This document shows positions 1 to 12,529 of a stretch of DNA of 64,000 nucleotides, piece after piece. The notes under the pieces are model-generated. The model searched no databases. It was given only the letters and a program-made list of their open reading frames with translations, and had not been told where the DNA came from. Position numbers and translations under genes: made by a program. The first letter of the stretch is position 1; each line of letters opens with the position of its first letter. Source of the DNA: Vicugna vicugna (Eukaryota); the NCBI GenBank assembly GCA_013265495.1, contig MU062295.1, forward strand, positions 2,297,880 through 2,361,879, given 5' to 3'.

Positions 1-152
1 GGAACATTTAGCCATTTCTTCATGACTTCAGGGCATTACCATCAAGGACAGTTTCGTATTGACCTCAGATATGGTCAACACTCCAGAAACTGAGAATTAT
101 TTTACATGTGTGCTCCTAGACCAAATGGCCACTGGATTTTTCTATCTTTTAA

Positions 153-254
153 TTTTTTTAAATTGAAGTATAGTTGATTCATAATATTGTGTTAGTTTCA
201 GGTGTACAGCAAAGTGTTTCAGTTTCTATATACATATATTTTCAGATCATATTC
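153..254 (-). mobile_element. Short L1 3'-terminal fragment
   Basis: T-run followed by AATTGAAGTATAGTTGATT...GTTTCAGGTGTACAGC, the antisense 3' end typical of cetartiodactyl L1s. Confidence 0.65.
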
Positions 255-291
255 AATATCTTGTAACAATCTGTCTTTTTTATTTTAACAG

Positions 292-439
292 GATAAGGTG
301 AAGACGGAAGGTGTTTTCTCTTCCATCAGCTGTCCATTTTTACCGCTATCAACATGCCTGCTCCTAAGAACCACCTCCATTCTGCTTATAAGTTGGTGCC
401 TCTAACCAGACTGTGAAGACTGTTGCACGTGTGTCTCAG
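292..439 (+). other. Candidate non-coding exon (148 nt)
   Basis: Acceptor TCTTTTTTATTTTAACAG (AG 290-291) and donor CAG|GTAAGA (GT 440-441); stops in all three frames. Confidence 0.3.
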
Positions 440-1374
440 GTAAGAATAAACTGACTATGAGTGAAAATCCAGGGGACTGGTTTCTGAGCAAAGTGAATGG
501 ATTTGGTAGCACCAATTTTGTGTCTCCAAACTCTCTTTGTGGCTTACTTTCAAGTTATTAGCTGAGTCCCGGACAGTTAAGACTGCTGAGTAGGTGATCT
601 GTTACTTCTGTATTGCACACTGTTTGACACAAGATCAGGAAAGTATTTAAGTCAGATCTCAGCATCTCCCAGCGATAAGAAAATATGATGAGGCATAGGA
701 GATGAAGAGGAGATAACCTGAAAATTGAGATACACCCTCGTAAAAAAAAATCCTCCTCGATATCTCTGGGTCTTGGTGGGAGTTGAGAATGGAAATAATA
801 ATTTTTAGAAGTATGTTTTATTTAAAATATATGTATCTAACAAAAAGAGACATGGAACTTACCTTTACTAAGAACACATTCAACTACATCAAAATCAGTA
901 AGTCTAGGAGTGAGAAGATTCTCATGCAATGAAGTGGAGAAAGATGCTTTCCCAAAACATAATATGAACCTTTGCTTATAAGTAAGAGAACAAGGCCAGA
1001 GGTTCAGGTCCTCACACATCTGCTACAAGTCTCAGTTGCCCACAGGAAGAGCAGGGGGTCACCTTTCCAGTTACCTTCCTGATAATCCCTTGCTCAGCAA
1101 GGAGACCATATGTTTTAGATTTATTTTGACCAACAAGGGCATGTAGTTGGTGTGCTGGAAATAAGAGACACATTAGGTGAGAAGTTCCATGTTCTGGGTT
1201 CTGTACTACAGAAGAGTGGGATGCAGGCTGCTGACAGACAAGGAGCCCAGACGTTAGGAAAGAAGGGTTTCAAACTGCAGAGAAAAGAGAGAAGACACTT
1301 TATGCACTGAGGCCCCACTGACTCCCTTCCCGTGCAGCATAATTGTCTGGGGACATTTTTTTGTTGAATTTTCC

Positions 1375-2308
1375 TGGTTGAGGTATAATTTTTCTAAATC
1401 AAAGTGTGCAGAGAGAAATGTACCATATTTAAGACCCCACTTTGAAAATGAATTTGGACAAATGCATATGCTTTGTAACCCACAATGCTTTCAAGATATA
1501 GGAAAACTCTGTCACCCCAGCATAATCCCTCATGTGCTTCCCAGAGCCCCCTTCCTAGAGGCAACCTCTGTTCGGATGCCTTTCTCCATACCTTACTTTT
1601 GCCTCTTCAAGAACTTCATGTAATGGAATCATAAGTAGGTACTTTGTGTGTGTGTGTGGATTCTTTCACTCAGCATCATGATTTTGAGGGCCATCTGTGC
1701 TGTCACCTGGATCAGTAGTTTTTCTCCTTGTCTGTTACTGGATCGTATCTTGTGTGGATATACCACAGTGTGTAACTGAGGGATATTTGGATTGATTCCA
1801 GTTTGGGGCTATTATTACGAAGCTGCTAAGTCTTCCCATGTATACATATGTTTTCATTGCTCTTGGATAAACACCTTGAAGGAGTGTTGTTGCCATTGGG
1901 TCGGTGTGTGTTTCACTTTAGGAGAACGGGCAGACCTATTTCCAAAGTGGTCACATCATTTTGTTTTGCCAGTGGAAATGAATGAGAGTTTGAGTTGATC
2001 TGCAGTATATGGTTTTGGTTTTAATTTGCATCTCCCTGATGACTAATGATGTTGAATACTTTTTCATGTGCTTATTGGCTGTTTATATTTTTTCCTTTGT
2101 GAAGGGCCTAGTCCAGCTTCTTGGGTAATTTTTCAATTGGGCTGTTTTTGTTTTTACTAATAAATTGTAGGAATTGCTAAGATACTCTGGGTACAAGTCT
2201 TTGGTCAGATACATGTGTGGCACATATTTTCTCCCACTTGGTGACTTATTTCTTCTTTTTATTAGCAGTATCTTTTAGCGGGCAGAAGTTTTTAATTTTT
2301 ATGAAGTC
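1375..2308 (-). mobile_element. Old L1 (L1ME-like) 3' region
   Basis: Diverged antisense L1 motifs, e.g. TTTAATTTGCATCTCCCTGATGACTAATGATGTTGAATACTTTTTCATGTG; boundaries approximate. Confidence 0.75.
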
Positions 2309-2324
2309 CATTTTAACACTTTTT

Positions 2325-2906
2325 TTATTTTATTTTTATTGAAGTATAATCAGTTACAATGTGTCAATTTCTGGTGTACAGCATAATGTTTCAATCATAC
2401 ATATGCATACACATATTCATTTTCATAATAGGTTACTATAAAATATTGAAAATAGTTTTCTGTGCTATATAGAAGAAATTTGTTGTTTATCTATTTTGTA
2501 TATAGTAGTTACTATTTGCAAATCTTAAACTCCCAATTTATCCCTTCCTACCCTCTTTCCCCCGCAGTAACCATAAGTTTGTTTACTATGTTTTTAAGTC
2601 TATTTTGTAGGTAAGTTCATTAGTGTCTTCTTTTTTTTTGAAGATTCCACATATGAGTGATATCATACGGCATTTTTCTTTCTCTTTCTGGCTTAGTTCA
2701 CTTAGNNNNNNNNNNNNNNNNNNNNNNNNNNNNNNNNNNNNNNNNNNNNNNNNNNNNNNNNNNNNNNNNNNNNNNNNNNNNNNNNNNNNNNNNNNNNNNN
2801 NNNNNNNNNNNNNNNNNNNNNNNNNNNNNNNNNNNNNNNNNNNNNNNNNNNNNNNNNNNNNNNNNNNNNNNNNNNNNNNNNNNNNNNNGTGTCTTTTCAA
2901 ATTAGA
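2325..2906 (-). mobile_element. Younger 5'-truncated L1 with 16-bp target-site duplication
   Basis: T-rich tail then TTGAAGTATAATCAGTTACAATGTGTC; TSD CATTTTAACACTTTTT at 2309-2324 and 2907-2922, followed by AA (TTTT/AA endonuclease site); contains N block 2706-2888. Confidence 0.88.
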
Positions 2907-4074
2907 CATTTTAACACTTTTTAAAATGATTATCTGGGTAACCTAAAAAAATAAGTCTGGGCCCTACCCCAGAGATTTGGTTCAACTAGCTTGTGTTGGA
3001 GCCAAGTGTCTGTGCTTTTTAAAGGCTGCTTAGTCTTTCCACTGTGCAGTCAGTGTTGAAAATCCCAGAACTAAAAGGAAATATGACTTGGAATATAGAG
3101 GGCTCTAAAAAATGAAATTCCGAAAATATAATAAGGCATAACCCAAATGAACACCAAAGAGGTACCTAAAAAATCCCTGTGTGTCAGCACGGGGAATGTT
3201 TCAGTGAGGAGGTGGAGAAAGCAGGTTAGAACAGAACAGAAGAGGCTGTGATGCTGTTACAGCTCTAGCCTCAGGCCTGTGAAATGCTCAGAGAGAAAAA
3301 AAAATGGACCTCAGAAAATTGCCTTTGGGGCAAGAAGATGAACAAGAAAGGCGACAGCCTGGAGTGGCCAGGGAGACAGGTGATGGGGAGACAAGGAAAC
3401 TGCCCAGCTGTGGTTTGACTTCTGGCCTTGCCATCTGGAAGCAAACTCTCCCACACCAGTAAAATGGAACACAGGTGGTTAGCAGGGAACAGTAACTGGA
3501 GATGGATAAAGAGACAGTAGGGGAGCCCCAAGCAGCTCTTAAATGAGTTCAGGTCTCCAGGGCTCCTGAATTAAAGCCCTGGGAACTGGAGGACCTTGAG
3601 AGGTAATTGAGGAATCACATTGCAGTCTCTGAAAATCACGGAGCAAGGGAATAATGCCAGAAAACCTGACATGAGAAAATGCTCCTTCAATGCAGCTTCA
3701 AAAATGGGGCTGTCAGAAACTGTCAGGTCATGGGAGGGTCCAGCCCCTTCTCCAGGGCTGTGCCCCTTGAGGACTGGGCAGCTCCCAGACAGTGGACCAG
3801 GAAGCTCAAACTTACCCTGCCCACAGCAGAAAAGCAGCTTTGACTTCAAATCCAGATGACAAGACTCCTTTCAGGATAAATCCTGTGAGCACAGACTGGC
3901 ACAGCCCCACTTCACTAAATATCTGAGTAATAATCCTGTCCTTAATTATTTACGTTTATTGAGCACCTACTCTATGCTAGGCTTGTGTTTCTCAAGTTCA
4001 AAAACTCTGGAGTCCTCCAGAATACAGCCCAGACAGAGACCCAAACATCCCCAAGACAAGCACTGATTAAAAGT

Positions 4075-4655
4075 TAAGAGCTGGTGAATGGATAAATAAA
4101 CTGTGGTACAGCTAGACAATGAAACATTGTTCATTAAAACAAAATGAGCTCTGNNNNNNNNNNNNNNNNNNNNNNNNNNNNNNNNNNNNNNNNNNNNNNN
4201 NNNNNNNNNNNNNNNNNNNNNNNNNNNNNNNNNNNNNNNNNNNNNNNNNNNNNNNNNNNNNNNNNNNNNNNNNNNNNNNNNNNNNNNNNNNNNNNNNNNN
4301 NNNNNNNNNNNNNNNNNNNGAGGAGGGATAAATACACAGAGCACAGAGGATTTTCAGAGAAGTGAAACTACTCTGTATGACACTATAATGCTGCACACAT
4401 GTCATTGTACTGTTATACCAACCCATAGCATCCACAGCACCCAGACGGAGCCCTGATGTCAACCTTGGACTTTGTGTGATAGTGATGCTTCAGTGTAGGT
4501 TCACTGATTAAAACAAAAGTACCATCTGTTGGGAGATGTTGATCGTAGGGGAGGCTCTGCATGTATGGGGGCAGGAAATTTATGGGAACTCTGTACTTTC
4601 TGCTAATTTTGCTCTGAACATAAAAATGCTCTTAAAAAAATGGTCTATTAAAAAA
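4075..4655 (+). mobile_element. L1MC-like 3' end
   Basis: GAGCACAGAGGATTTT...GTGAAACTACTCTGTATGACACTATAATG...A-rich end; contains N block 4154-4319. Confidence 0.8.
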
Positions 4656-4749
4656 AAGAAATCAAGAACAGAAAATCAAATTTTGGTAGAGAAGATTTGG
4701 ACTCCTCAAAGTACATCCCTGAACCCAGTTGAAGAAAGTGTGTGAGGTG

Positions 4750-4905
4750 CTTCATATGCATTGTCTAATTCTTAAAATCACCTACAGGATACATATTATT
4801 ATTTTTCTAATTTTAGAGATGATTTAACTGGGACAGTTTTAAGTAAATTGACCCAAATCACATTGCAAGTAACTGGCAGGACAGATTACACTTGAGTCTT
4901 CCACG
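4750..4905 (-). mobile_element. MIR
   Basis: Diverged antisense MIR core (ATTTTAGAGATGA...AAGTAAATTGACCCAAATCACA). Confidence 0.55.
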
Positions 4906-5629
4906 AGAATGAAAAACGCATGCTCCTGACCACAGCTCCTCACTGCCTCCCACTGCGACCTCAGCTTACCTGCTGGGCACTTACCTGGCTTCAGCTTGAT
5001 CTCAGACCTGTGTCAGCCTGCTATGTTTGCGGTAACTGGTAGCAACTGCAATAGAAAATTAATCCACTTTTCATAGGGTAGAGGGTTATTAAATAACTTA
5101 TTTTGAAAAATATAACTGTTAAGAGGATGAAATGTTCATGCTCACTGATGAATGCATTCTTAACTTGTAGACGTCCTGTATGAAATCAGACTATAATAAA
5201 ATTGTTTCTTGGTGAGCATAGGAAGCCTGCTTAGTGATTAGGATGAGTCCAAGAGGCTGTTATGTCTGCTTCTACCCCTTACTTACCTGGGCAGGTATAA
5301 GGCCTCTGAAAGTGTAATCCAGTACAGGACACGTCTGCCAAGAACTGGCCTAGTGAACTGAGCAGCAGTCACACATGGCTGTGGCATTAAAATAGCCTTA
5401 GCTCCCTAGTTTTGTTTTTTCACCAAGAAGACCAAAGAAGATGGATGGAAAATAAACCATTGTGTGAAAAGCTTGGTCTTGATGAACCCTCTGTGGGCAC
5501 AGCAGGTGGGTGCCGTGGAATATGTACCCCAGTGCACACCTGTGAGGTGGTGGTCATGCTCAGGATCACAGGTTCTGAGGACTGACCTTGTTCCCAGCTC
5601 TCACATATGAAATCAAGAATGGCCTTGAC

Positions 5630-6057
5630 CCACAAAGTTATTATCTTGGTGTTTTGTAAATCAGAAGTTTAAAATCAAAGTGTGGACAGGGCTGTATTTT
5701 TTTTTTTACCGTGGCTCTGCAGGAGAATCTATTTCCTTGCCTTTTCCAGCTTCTGGAGGCCTCCAGGGGCTCATGGCCCCTTCCTTTATCTTCAAAGGCA
5801 GCAACATTACATCTCTGTGACCTTTCTTGTGTTGATCACATTTCTCTCTGTGACCACAACTGGAAAAGTTCTCCACTTTTAAGGCCTTGTATAATTACAT
5901 TGGGTCCACCTGGGTAATCCAAGATACTCTCCCTACCACACAATCCTTAATTTAATCACATCTACATAGCACCTTTTTCCAAGTGAAGGAACATATTCAC
6001 AGATTCTGGGGATTAGGACATGGACATATTTAGGAGACCGTCATTCTGCCTACCACA
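5630..6057 (-). mobile_element. MaLR LTR (MLT1D-like)
   Basis: Reverse complement begins TGTGGTAGGCAGAATGA...CCTAATCCCCAGAATCTGTGAATATG, the MLT1 LTR 5' end. Confidence 0.8.
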
Positions 6058-6757
6058 AAAGTAAAGGGTAATCTTAATCATTCATACTTCAAGTGCCTCT
6101 CATAATGCCAGGATTCGTGAAGTAGAGTTTGAGATTGGTATCGTCTATCTTGAAGGACCATCTTTCATTTGTTAGGTGTAGCAGTATCACAGAACAAATT
6201 ATTCATTCAAGGGCATTTGCCAAAGCCTACAATATGAGAACAGATATCATCTAGGGAAAGTAGTGCATGATCTTTTAGGGAAAGGCTTTCAAGTATATGT
6301 TAATTTCTCACTCCTTGTCCAGAAGGCCCTCACATGCCTCTGGATTTATAGGTTAAATACAAAAATTGTACAATACATTTTTTTTACCTGGTGGAAGTCA
6401 AATTTCCGGGCTCTCTCAACTTCAAGCTAATAATCATGGATAATGATACTGGATCAACATTATTCCCAACATAACTTCCCCCTTCAGCTCCAAGATCATC
6501 AGTATATCTTAAGAACCTTCTACAAAAAAGCAACTCCCCAAAATTTATACCTTTCAGGAGTCACCCATCGGATCTTTGAAAACCTGAAGAAATGATTTAC
6601 TTCTCTACTGACTCATGGCTACCTTTCCTGGGAGAGGGAGGGCCCCTTTGTTGTCACAGATGAACCCCTCCTGTCCTCACCTGTTTTAAAAACCACCAGC
6701 ATGGTGACTGTACAGGAGTACGACTGTCCACAAATTCTTCTTCAAAGAGACCTAGAC

Positions 6758-6956
6758 CAGCGCTGTCCAACAGAATCTTCTTCCGTGATGGAAAAATTCT
6801 GTAATCAGCACAGTAGCCACTAGCTTCTTGTAGTTACTGAGCACTGGAAATGTACCTCTTGTGACTAAGCAAATGGATTTCTTATTTTGATCAATCAATT
6901 TAAATTTAATATAAACAGTCAAATGTGGCTGCTGGCTGGCATATTGGACAGGCCAG
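6758..6956. mobile_element. MER3-type hAT-Charlie MITE
   Basis: TIRs CAGCGCTGTCCAA / TTGGACAGGCCAG; degenerate 8-bp TSD ACCTAGAC (6750-6757) vs ATCTGGAC (6957-6964). Confidence 0.85.
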
Positions 6957-7259
6957 ATCTGGACCGTCTGGGGAAAGGAGAGCTTGGCCATCAAGGTCAT
7001 ATTTTGACCCTGTTGATCCCATCTAGAGGGATCAGGGATGGGGCATTCTATCATACTATGCGTGGATCACTGCAAACAAGCATTTCCAGAGTCTGAGAAT
7101 TAAGCACCAAACGTACTGAGTCAGCATCAACACACAGCTTCCAGAGCATCCAGAACAGCAGGTTTTCCATTCTGGCCCACAGGACCTGGCCCTGTTCAAG
7201 GCAGCAGGCTCACTGTGCAAGGATGCCCAGAAACTTGCTGTCTTTGCATCTCTCCACAG

Positions 7260-7341
7260 AGAGCAGCAGCAGCAAAATGCACAGCCCACGGCCACTGCTT
7301 GGCCACTGTGCCAACCACAGGTTATACTTCCTGTCTAACCC
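7260..7341 (+). repeat. Copy 1 of an exact 82-bp dispersed direct repeat
   Basis: AGAGCAGCAGCAGCAAAATGCAC...CTGTCTAACCC identical to 9325-9406. Confidence 0.97.
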
Positions 7342-9324
7342 CCAACACCCAGGTGTGGTGGCTGTGCCTCATGTCTCAGTTTGTACCTGCTGTTACCTTT
7401 TGTAAATTGAAACTTCTAGCAGTTCTAGAAAGAGATGCCAACGAAAAAGGGGCATATTCAAGGAGTGTTCCTGCGTCAGCTTTTCAGTTAGTCTCTGCCA
7501 CATGCACAGTAACTCAAGCCAGTGACTGAGTTTGAGTGTAACCGGTGTTATCCTGTGCTCCCAAAGGCAGAGCCTTTCACTGCTAGTCATTGTGTTGGCT
7601 CATGCATTTGAAATATAGCTCACTTTCTGTCATACCCACAAGAAACCCAAAGTGACTACCACTGCGTAAGTGTACATATGAAATACATCTCTTTTTATGA
7701 GTCCTCCCATAGGTGGATTCAGTTCTGTAGCCTCAGTTTATACCCCAATTTTTGCAAAGCAGGAGTTAAAGATGACTTTTCCTCTCTGCTCTGTTGCCAC
7801 CATCACCAAGCTGTCGCTGCTCCTTACAGTTAAACTTTCCCTGTTTGTTCTGCTACATTTACCCCAGTTCCTGCCAGCCCCCAAACTCTTAAAGCTGTCC
7901 TGATAGGAATAACTACCAGTACAAACATCCTGTGGAGAAGCCAATTTATACATCGCCTTACCCCAGATCAGCTCTGTCTGTAAGATTAAGTTGAAAAAAC
8001 TGCCTGCCTGGGGAAACTCCCCATGTCAGGAACCTAGTATAGATACTCATCAAAATCCCCAGTTCACCCAATTCTTCCATATACCTCAAACTCTAAGAAG
8101 ATGAATAACTTCTCTAGTCCTGTTTCCCATTGTCTAGGTCATCCATTCTGTTGGGCTGGAGCCATAGACCCTCCCCACCCACAAAGCCCACCCTCTTCTT
8201 ATCATCACCTCCTCTAGGCCACCAAGCTTGATGCCTTGTCACAGCAGACTGTTCTCTATCCTGGTCAAAGGCACTAAAGAATTCCAGCGAAAAAAGCTTT
8301 AGTTCCCTGTCACTTACCGTGGGTCACTTACCTCAACTGGCCCTCGGTCATTTCTAACACTGGGAAGATAACTGCTCCGTAACGTCCTCATGAGAGAGCA
8401 TCTAAAAGACAGATCTATACCATAAACTCACTCCAACCATATTCAGAGATGGACAACCAGGACCAGGAGCCCAGACATGACAAGAGAGGTCCTGAGAAGG
8501 AAATGGTCCTTGTCTTCAAGTGTTTGGGGGAGAAGTAGAAATAACTTTTTTCTGTGCTGCTCTAAAAGGTATCATTGAGACCAATAGGTAGAGAGTTTTG
8601 TAGTGGAAATGCCTTTCAATTCGCCGTAAGGAGGAACTGTTTCAGCTCAGGCTGCTTGTGAAAGCAGTGAGTGTTAGTGCCCCGTGGCCGGAGGTGTCCC
8701 AGCACGGGCTGCGCATGTAACCACCTGCCAGAGACGATGTGCAAGGGAGCCCTGCCCTGCAAGCCTGGTTAGGTTAGCAGTTCTGAAACCAGGCTGATCT
8801 TTAGAAGCACAAGGAGAGCTTTTCAAAATGCAGTTTTCATGTCCACCCACAATGGAATCAGAACAGTTGTGGGGGCAAGGACGTGTATTTTAGAAAAATT
8901 CACCGAGAATCTGATGAAAAGTCTGGCTTGGAAGCTAGTGGGTGATGACCCCTCTATTACCTTGAGTTTAAGAATCCACGATGTGACACTGAATGAGTTG
9001 AATTTCAAAAAGTGAAGCAACAGGAAATGAGGGCCAGAGTGTCTTTGTAGGGAATGGGGACGGGAAAAGAGTGCAATTAAGTGGGTAGCCCCATCCCTGC
9101 GACAACCCAAGCACGGCCAGGAAACAAGGACTCCTCAGCCAGCAGGTGAAGTGCATCCGCGGGGACCCTGCTGCCCTCTGACAAGTAGGTCTGTGTCTAC
9201 TTCCTGCAAACCACTAGCATAGAGTTCCTTTGAAAACCATAGTCCCAAATAATCCCTCCCTGGTGGGAACATACGACAGATTCCTTTGTGAGAAATGAGC
9301 TAAGTCTTAGACTAAACTAGTCTA

Positions 9325-9406
9325 AGAGCAGCAGCAGCAAAATGCACAGCCCACGGCCACTGCTTGGCCACTGTGCCAACCACAGGTTATACTTCCTGTC
9401 TAACCC
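9325..9406 (+). repeat. Copy 2 of the exact 82-bp repeat
   Basis: Identical to 7260-7341; preceded by inverted repeats at 9300-9310 and 9307-9325. Confidence 0.97.
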
Positions 9407-10589
9407 GACAGAGGCAGATGTCAGGGTGCTACGGCCGATGAAGGGAACAGAGGAGAGGTGCAGCCTTTGTCACTTTTTAATTGGAAGAAGATGTTATTTC
9501 GGGCAGCAAGACATTTAAGAAATGCCATTAATTGTTTGCTGCTGTCACTGATGAGGAGAAGGTGAACAGGCAGGGAGGAGACTTAAAATTAACCGTCTTC
9601 AAAAATTAAGGAGGAGTTCCTAGGCCTAGTGGGGAATAAGTGAGACTATTCAGTACTAGTGAAGTGTAGTTACAACAAGCACTTTCCTAGTCGATGTAAC
9701 TAGGTAAGTGCCTCTTGGTTATAATATGGGAATATTAGATGTTCTGGGAGCAGCATCTCCTAAATCTTGTGCAGAGGAGGACATCTGAAAACTTGAGAAC
9801 TCAAATATGCACCAAACTTTGTGTGTAGCTGGATAAATTGGTCTCCCGTGTAATTTTTACTATGATTTCTGAAACTTGTGTTGACGCTATTGTAATTAAG
9901 AAAATGCATACATAGTTATTTAAAACTTCATTGAACTCAAAGCAGCTTTTCAACAAGAAACTGTCCCGGACAAGGGGTACCCAAGTATAAATGCTATCAT
10001 CTGTGCGTGCACAAACCTCCTGCGTGAGAGAGTGAAGACGAAGCTCACTCCCGTCGGAAGGGTCTGTTTGTGTTCATTTTCCTCCCATGCACTCCACAAG
10101 TAGCTTTTCCTTGGTTTACGTTGAGCTGGTGTCAGGTGTCGACAGGAAACAGATGGGAGTATGGAGAGAGGTTGGAGGAAAAGAGCAATGATTTAGCTGC
10201 TTTCCTTGTGTGGTGTGGGGAGGTCTGCTTCCCACCAAGTGAAAACCTTCATACGTTTTGCCAGCAAACAGAGCTCTCTGAGGCTGCCAACATAAGTGAA
10301 ATAAAGTACAGTTTAGTTTATTTTTTTTAATCCTCTGCCATTAGAAAACCTAAGAATTATTGGGGAGAGGGATCGCCTGAATTATTCATTGCTTCAAACA
10401 GTAATCATTGATTTTCTACGATGTACAAGGTTTGTAAACTGCCCTCCAGCAATTTAACAAAATAGCAGGGATGGCACCAGAAAAGGAATTGGGAAGGAAT
10501 GTTATGCAGACCGACAAGTCAGACACAGTCATTTATTGGCTTATGTTAAATTAGATTATAGCTCTACAATTTGTAAACCTCTTTCAAAT

Positions 10590-10990
10590 TATGAAATTCA
10601 GAGCTGGCAAGTGATTGAAAATGATCCACCCACACCCCATGGTAGCAATGTAAATTGATACAACCCTTCACGAAAGCAATTTGATGGTGCACTCAAGAGT
10701 CTTAAAATGTTCAGACCCTTGGTTCTGTTGTTTGTGGGAATTTAATTTTCAGTAAACAAGCCAAAGGAAGTTAAAAGTTACATGCAGAAACATTTTCATT
10801 GACAATAAAGAAATATTAAACTAAATTACAGTAAGGCTACCAATTAAATATTATACAGCTGTCAGTAATGAGGAACGAAGAAACATGACAAAATGCAGAA
10901 GATAAAGCACTGAGTGAAGAAAAGAGAAAGAAAAATAGTATCTATGCCATAATTGTAGCTGAATAAAAATGTATTGTCTCTGTTACCTAC
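10590..10990 (+). mobile_element. Highly diverged L1ME-type fragment
   Basis: AATGTAAATTGATACAACCCTT...AAAGCAATTTG...TTAAAATGTTCAGACCCTT resembles the end of L1 ORF2. Confidence 0.5.
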
Positions 10991-11419
10991 CAGTAAGGAC
11001 TGAACAGAAACAGGAAAAAATCTGAATGATTTTATTGTTAGGAATTTGTGAATTTTATCCGTGTTTATCTTAGAGCATATTTACGTCATTATAGAGCTTG
11101 CTACACAAAAGAAAGGCTGAGTGTAAGGACAGAAAGGATTTCTACCAGATTTGCCATCTCCTCCACTTGCATATCATAGACTCAAGAGGTCCTTGTCACT
11201 AATTCCCAGCCTAAACGTGTCCTTCCCCTTGCAGGGAGGGGGGAGTGGGTGAGGGGAAGAAAATTGAATCTGGAGTGCAGGAGACTGCAGTGTTAGGGTT
11301 TTGCCACAAATAAGGCACGGAGTCTCCTTCTGGTCTAGAAGGAGATACAGAGAGATGCATGTTGACAAAAGAGCATCTCACATTGTTATAACTGGGAAAC
11401 GGGCCTGTACCATGTAAAC

Positions 11420-11560
11420 TGGCCTCACAAAAACCTTATGAAATGTGTTCTTTCCATAGGAGAAAACAAATGCTCAGAGAGGTTATGTGGTTTGCCCAAG
11501 GTCACACAGCTAGCTTGTAGTGGAGCCGGTTTTCAAACTTGATTCAAAGCCTTCTCATTC
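11420..11560 (-). mobile_element. MIR
   Basis: GCTCAGAGAGGTTATGTGGTTTGCCCAAGGTCACACAGCTAG. Confidence 0.8.
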
Positions 11561-11674
11561 TACTCTCCACACCACTTCCAAGCCAGTTTGGAAGAAGATG
11601 AAGGGGTATTGTCTGTGATGAAGTTCAAGTCAGTCTGCACATAGATCGTCAGCCCATCTGGCCCTTGAAGTTTC

Positions 11675-11885
11675 AGGCTAGTGTCCTGTCAATCCTGGTT
11701 GCACATTAGAATGAGGTACTGGGGGTAAACTTTAAAATTTTTGATTCACCTCCAGGAATTTTGACTTAATTGATCTTAGGTGCAGCTAGGAGAGGGGGAT
11801 GGTTAAAACAAACAAACAAAAAACACCCCAAAACAAATTCCCCCAGTGATTCTTCATGCAATAAGGGCTGAGAATCACTGATTTA
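11675..11885. mobile_element. MER5A-like hAT element
   Basis: CCTGGTTGCACATTAGAAT...GGGCTGAGAATCACTG. Confidence 0.7.
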
Positions 11886-11964
11886 GGTCTTTGCATTTCT
11901 AACTTTTATCCTGTAACCCTTTCAGCTGGCCCCACAATTTGAGTTAGAATACTCCATTCATTCT

Positions 11965-12420
11965 TTTCATTATTTTTATTGTGGTGAAATACACATAATG
12001 TAAAATTCACCATCTTAGGCATTTTAAAGTGTACAGTTCAGTGGTACTAAGTACATTCACAGTGTTGTGCAGCCATCATCACTATCTGGTTCCAGATGTT
12101 TTCTTCATCCCAAATGGAAACCCAGTCAGCAGTCACTCCCCAGTACCTACTGCCCCCAGCTCCTGACAACCACCAATTTGCTTCCTATCCCTATGAATTT
12201 GCTTATTCTGAACACTCCGTATCAGTGGAATTATGCTATATGTGCCTTTATTTGACTGCCTTCTTTCATTTAGCAAGCTGTCAAGGTCATCTGTGTTGTA
12301 GCACGACTCCATACTTCACTCTTTTTATGGTTGAATAATACTCCACTGTGTGTATATATTGCGTTTTGCTTCATCCATTCATCTGTTGATGGACATTCGG
12401 GCTTCTTCTGTCTTTTGGCA
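11965..12420 (-). mobile_element. L1MB-type 3' end
   Basis: TTTTATTGTGGTGAAATACACATAATGTAAAATTCACCATC...CATCCATTCATCTGTTGATGGACATT. Confidence 0.85.
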
Positions 12421-12529
12421 TCCATTCACTCTTCTCCTCAAATCTGAAGTTCCTGAGGGCACACCTTTACAGAAAGGAGAATGGCAGAGGAAAGGCTTCC
12501 TGAGTTCACAATGGGCTCTGGAGTAGACT

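Noticed and set aside
5279-5296. TTACTTACCTGGGCAGG resembling the U1 snRNA 5' end
   Set aside because: Similarity stops after about 17 nt; it is simply a reverse-strand 5' splice-site consensus
7117-7126. AP-1/ARE motifs (also 18219-18228, 48254-48263)
   Set aside because: Single short motifs at about background frequency, without clustering
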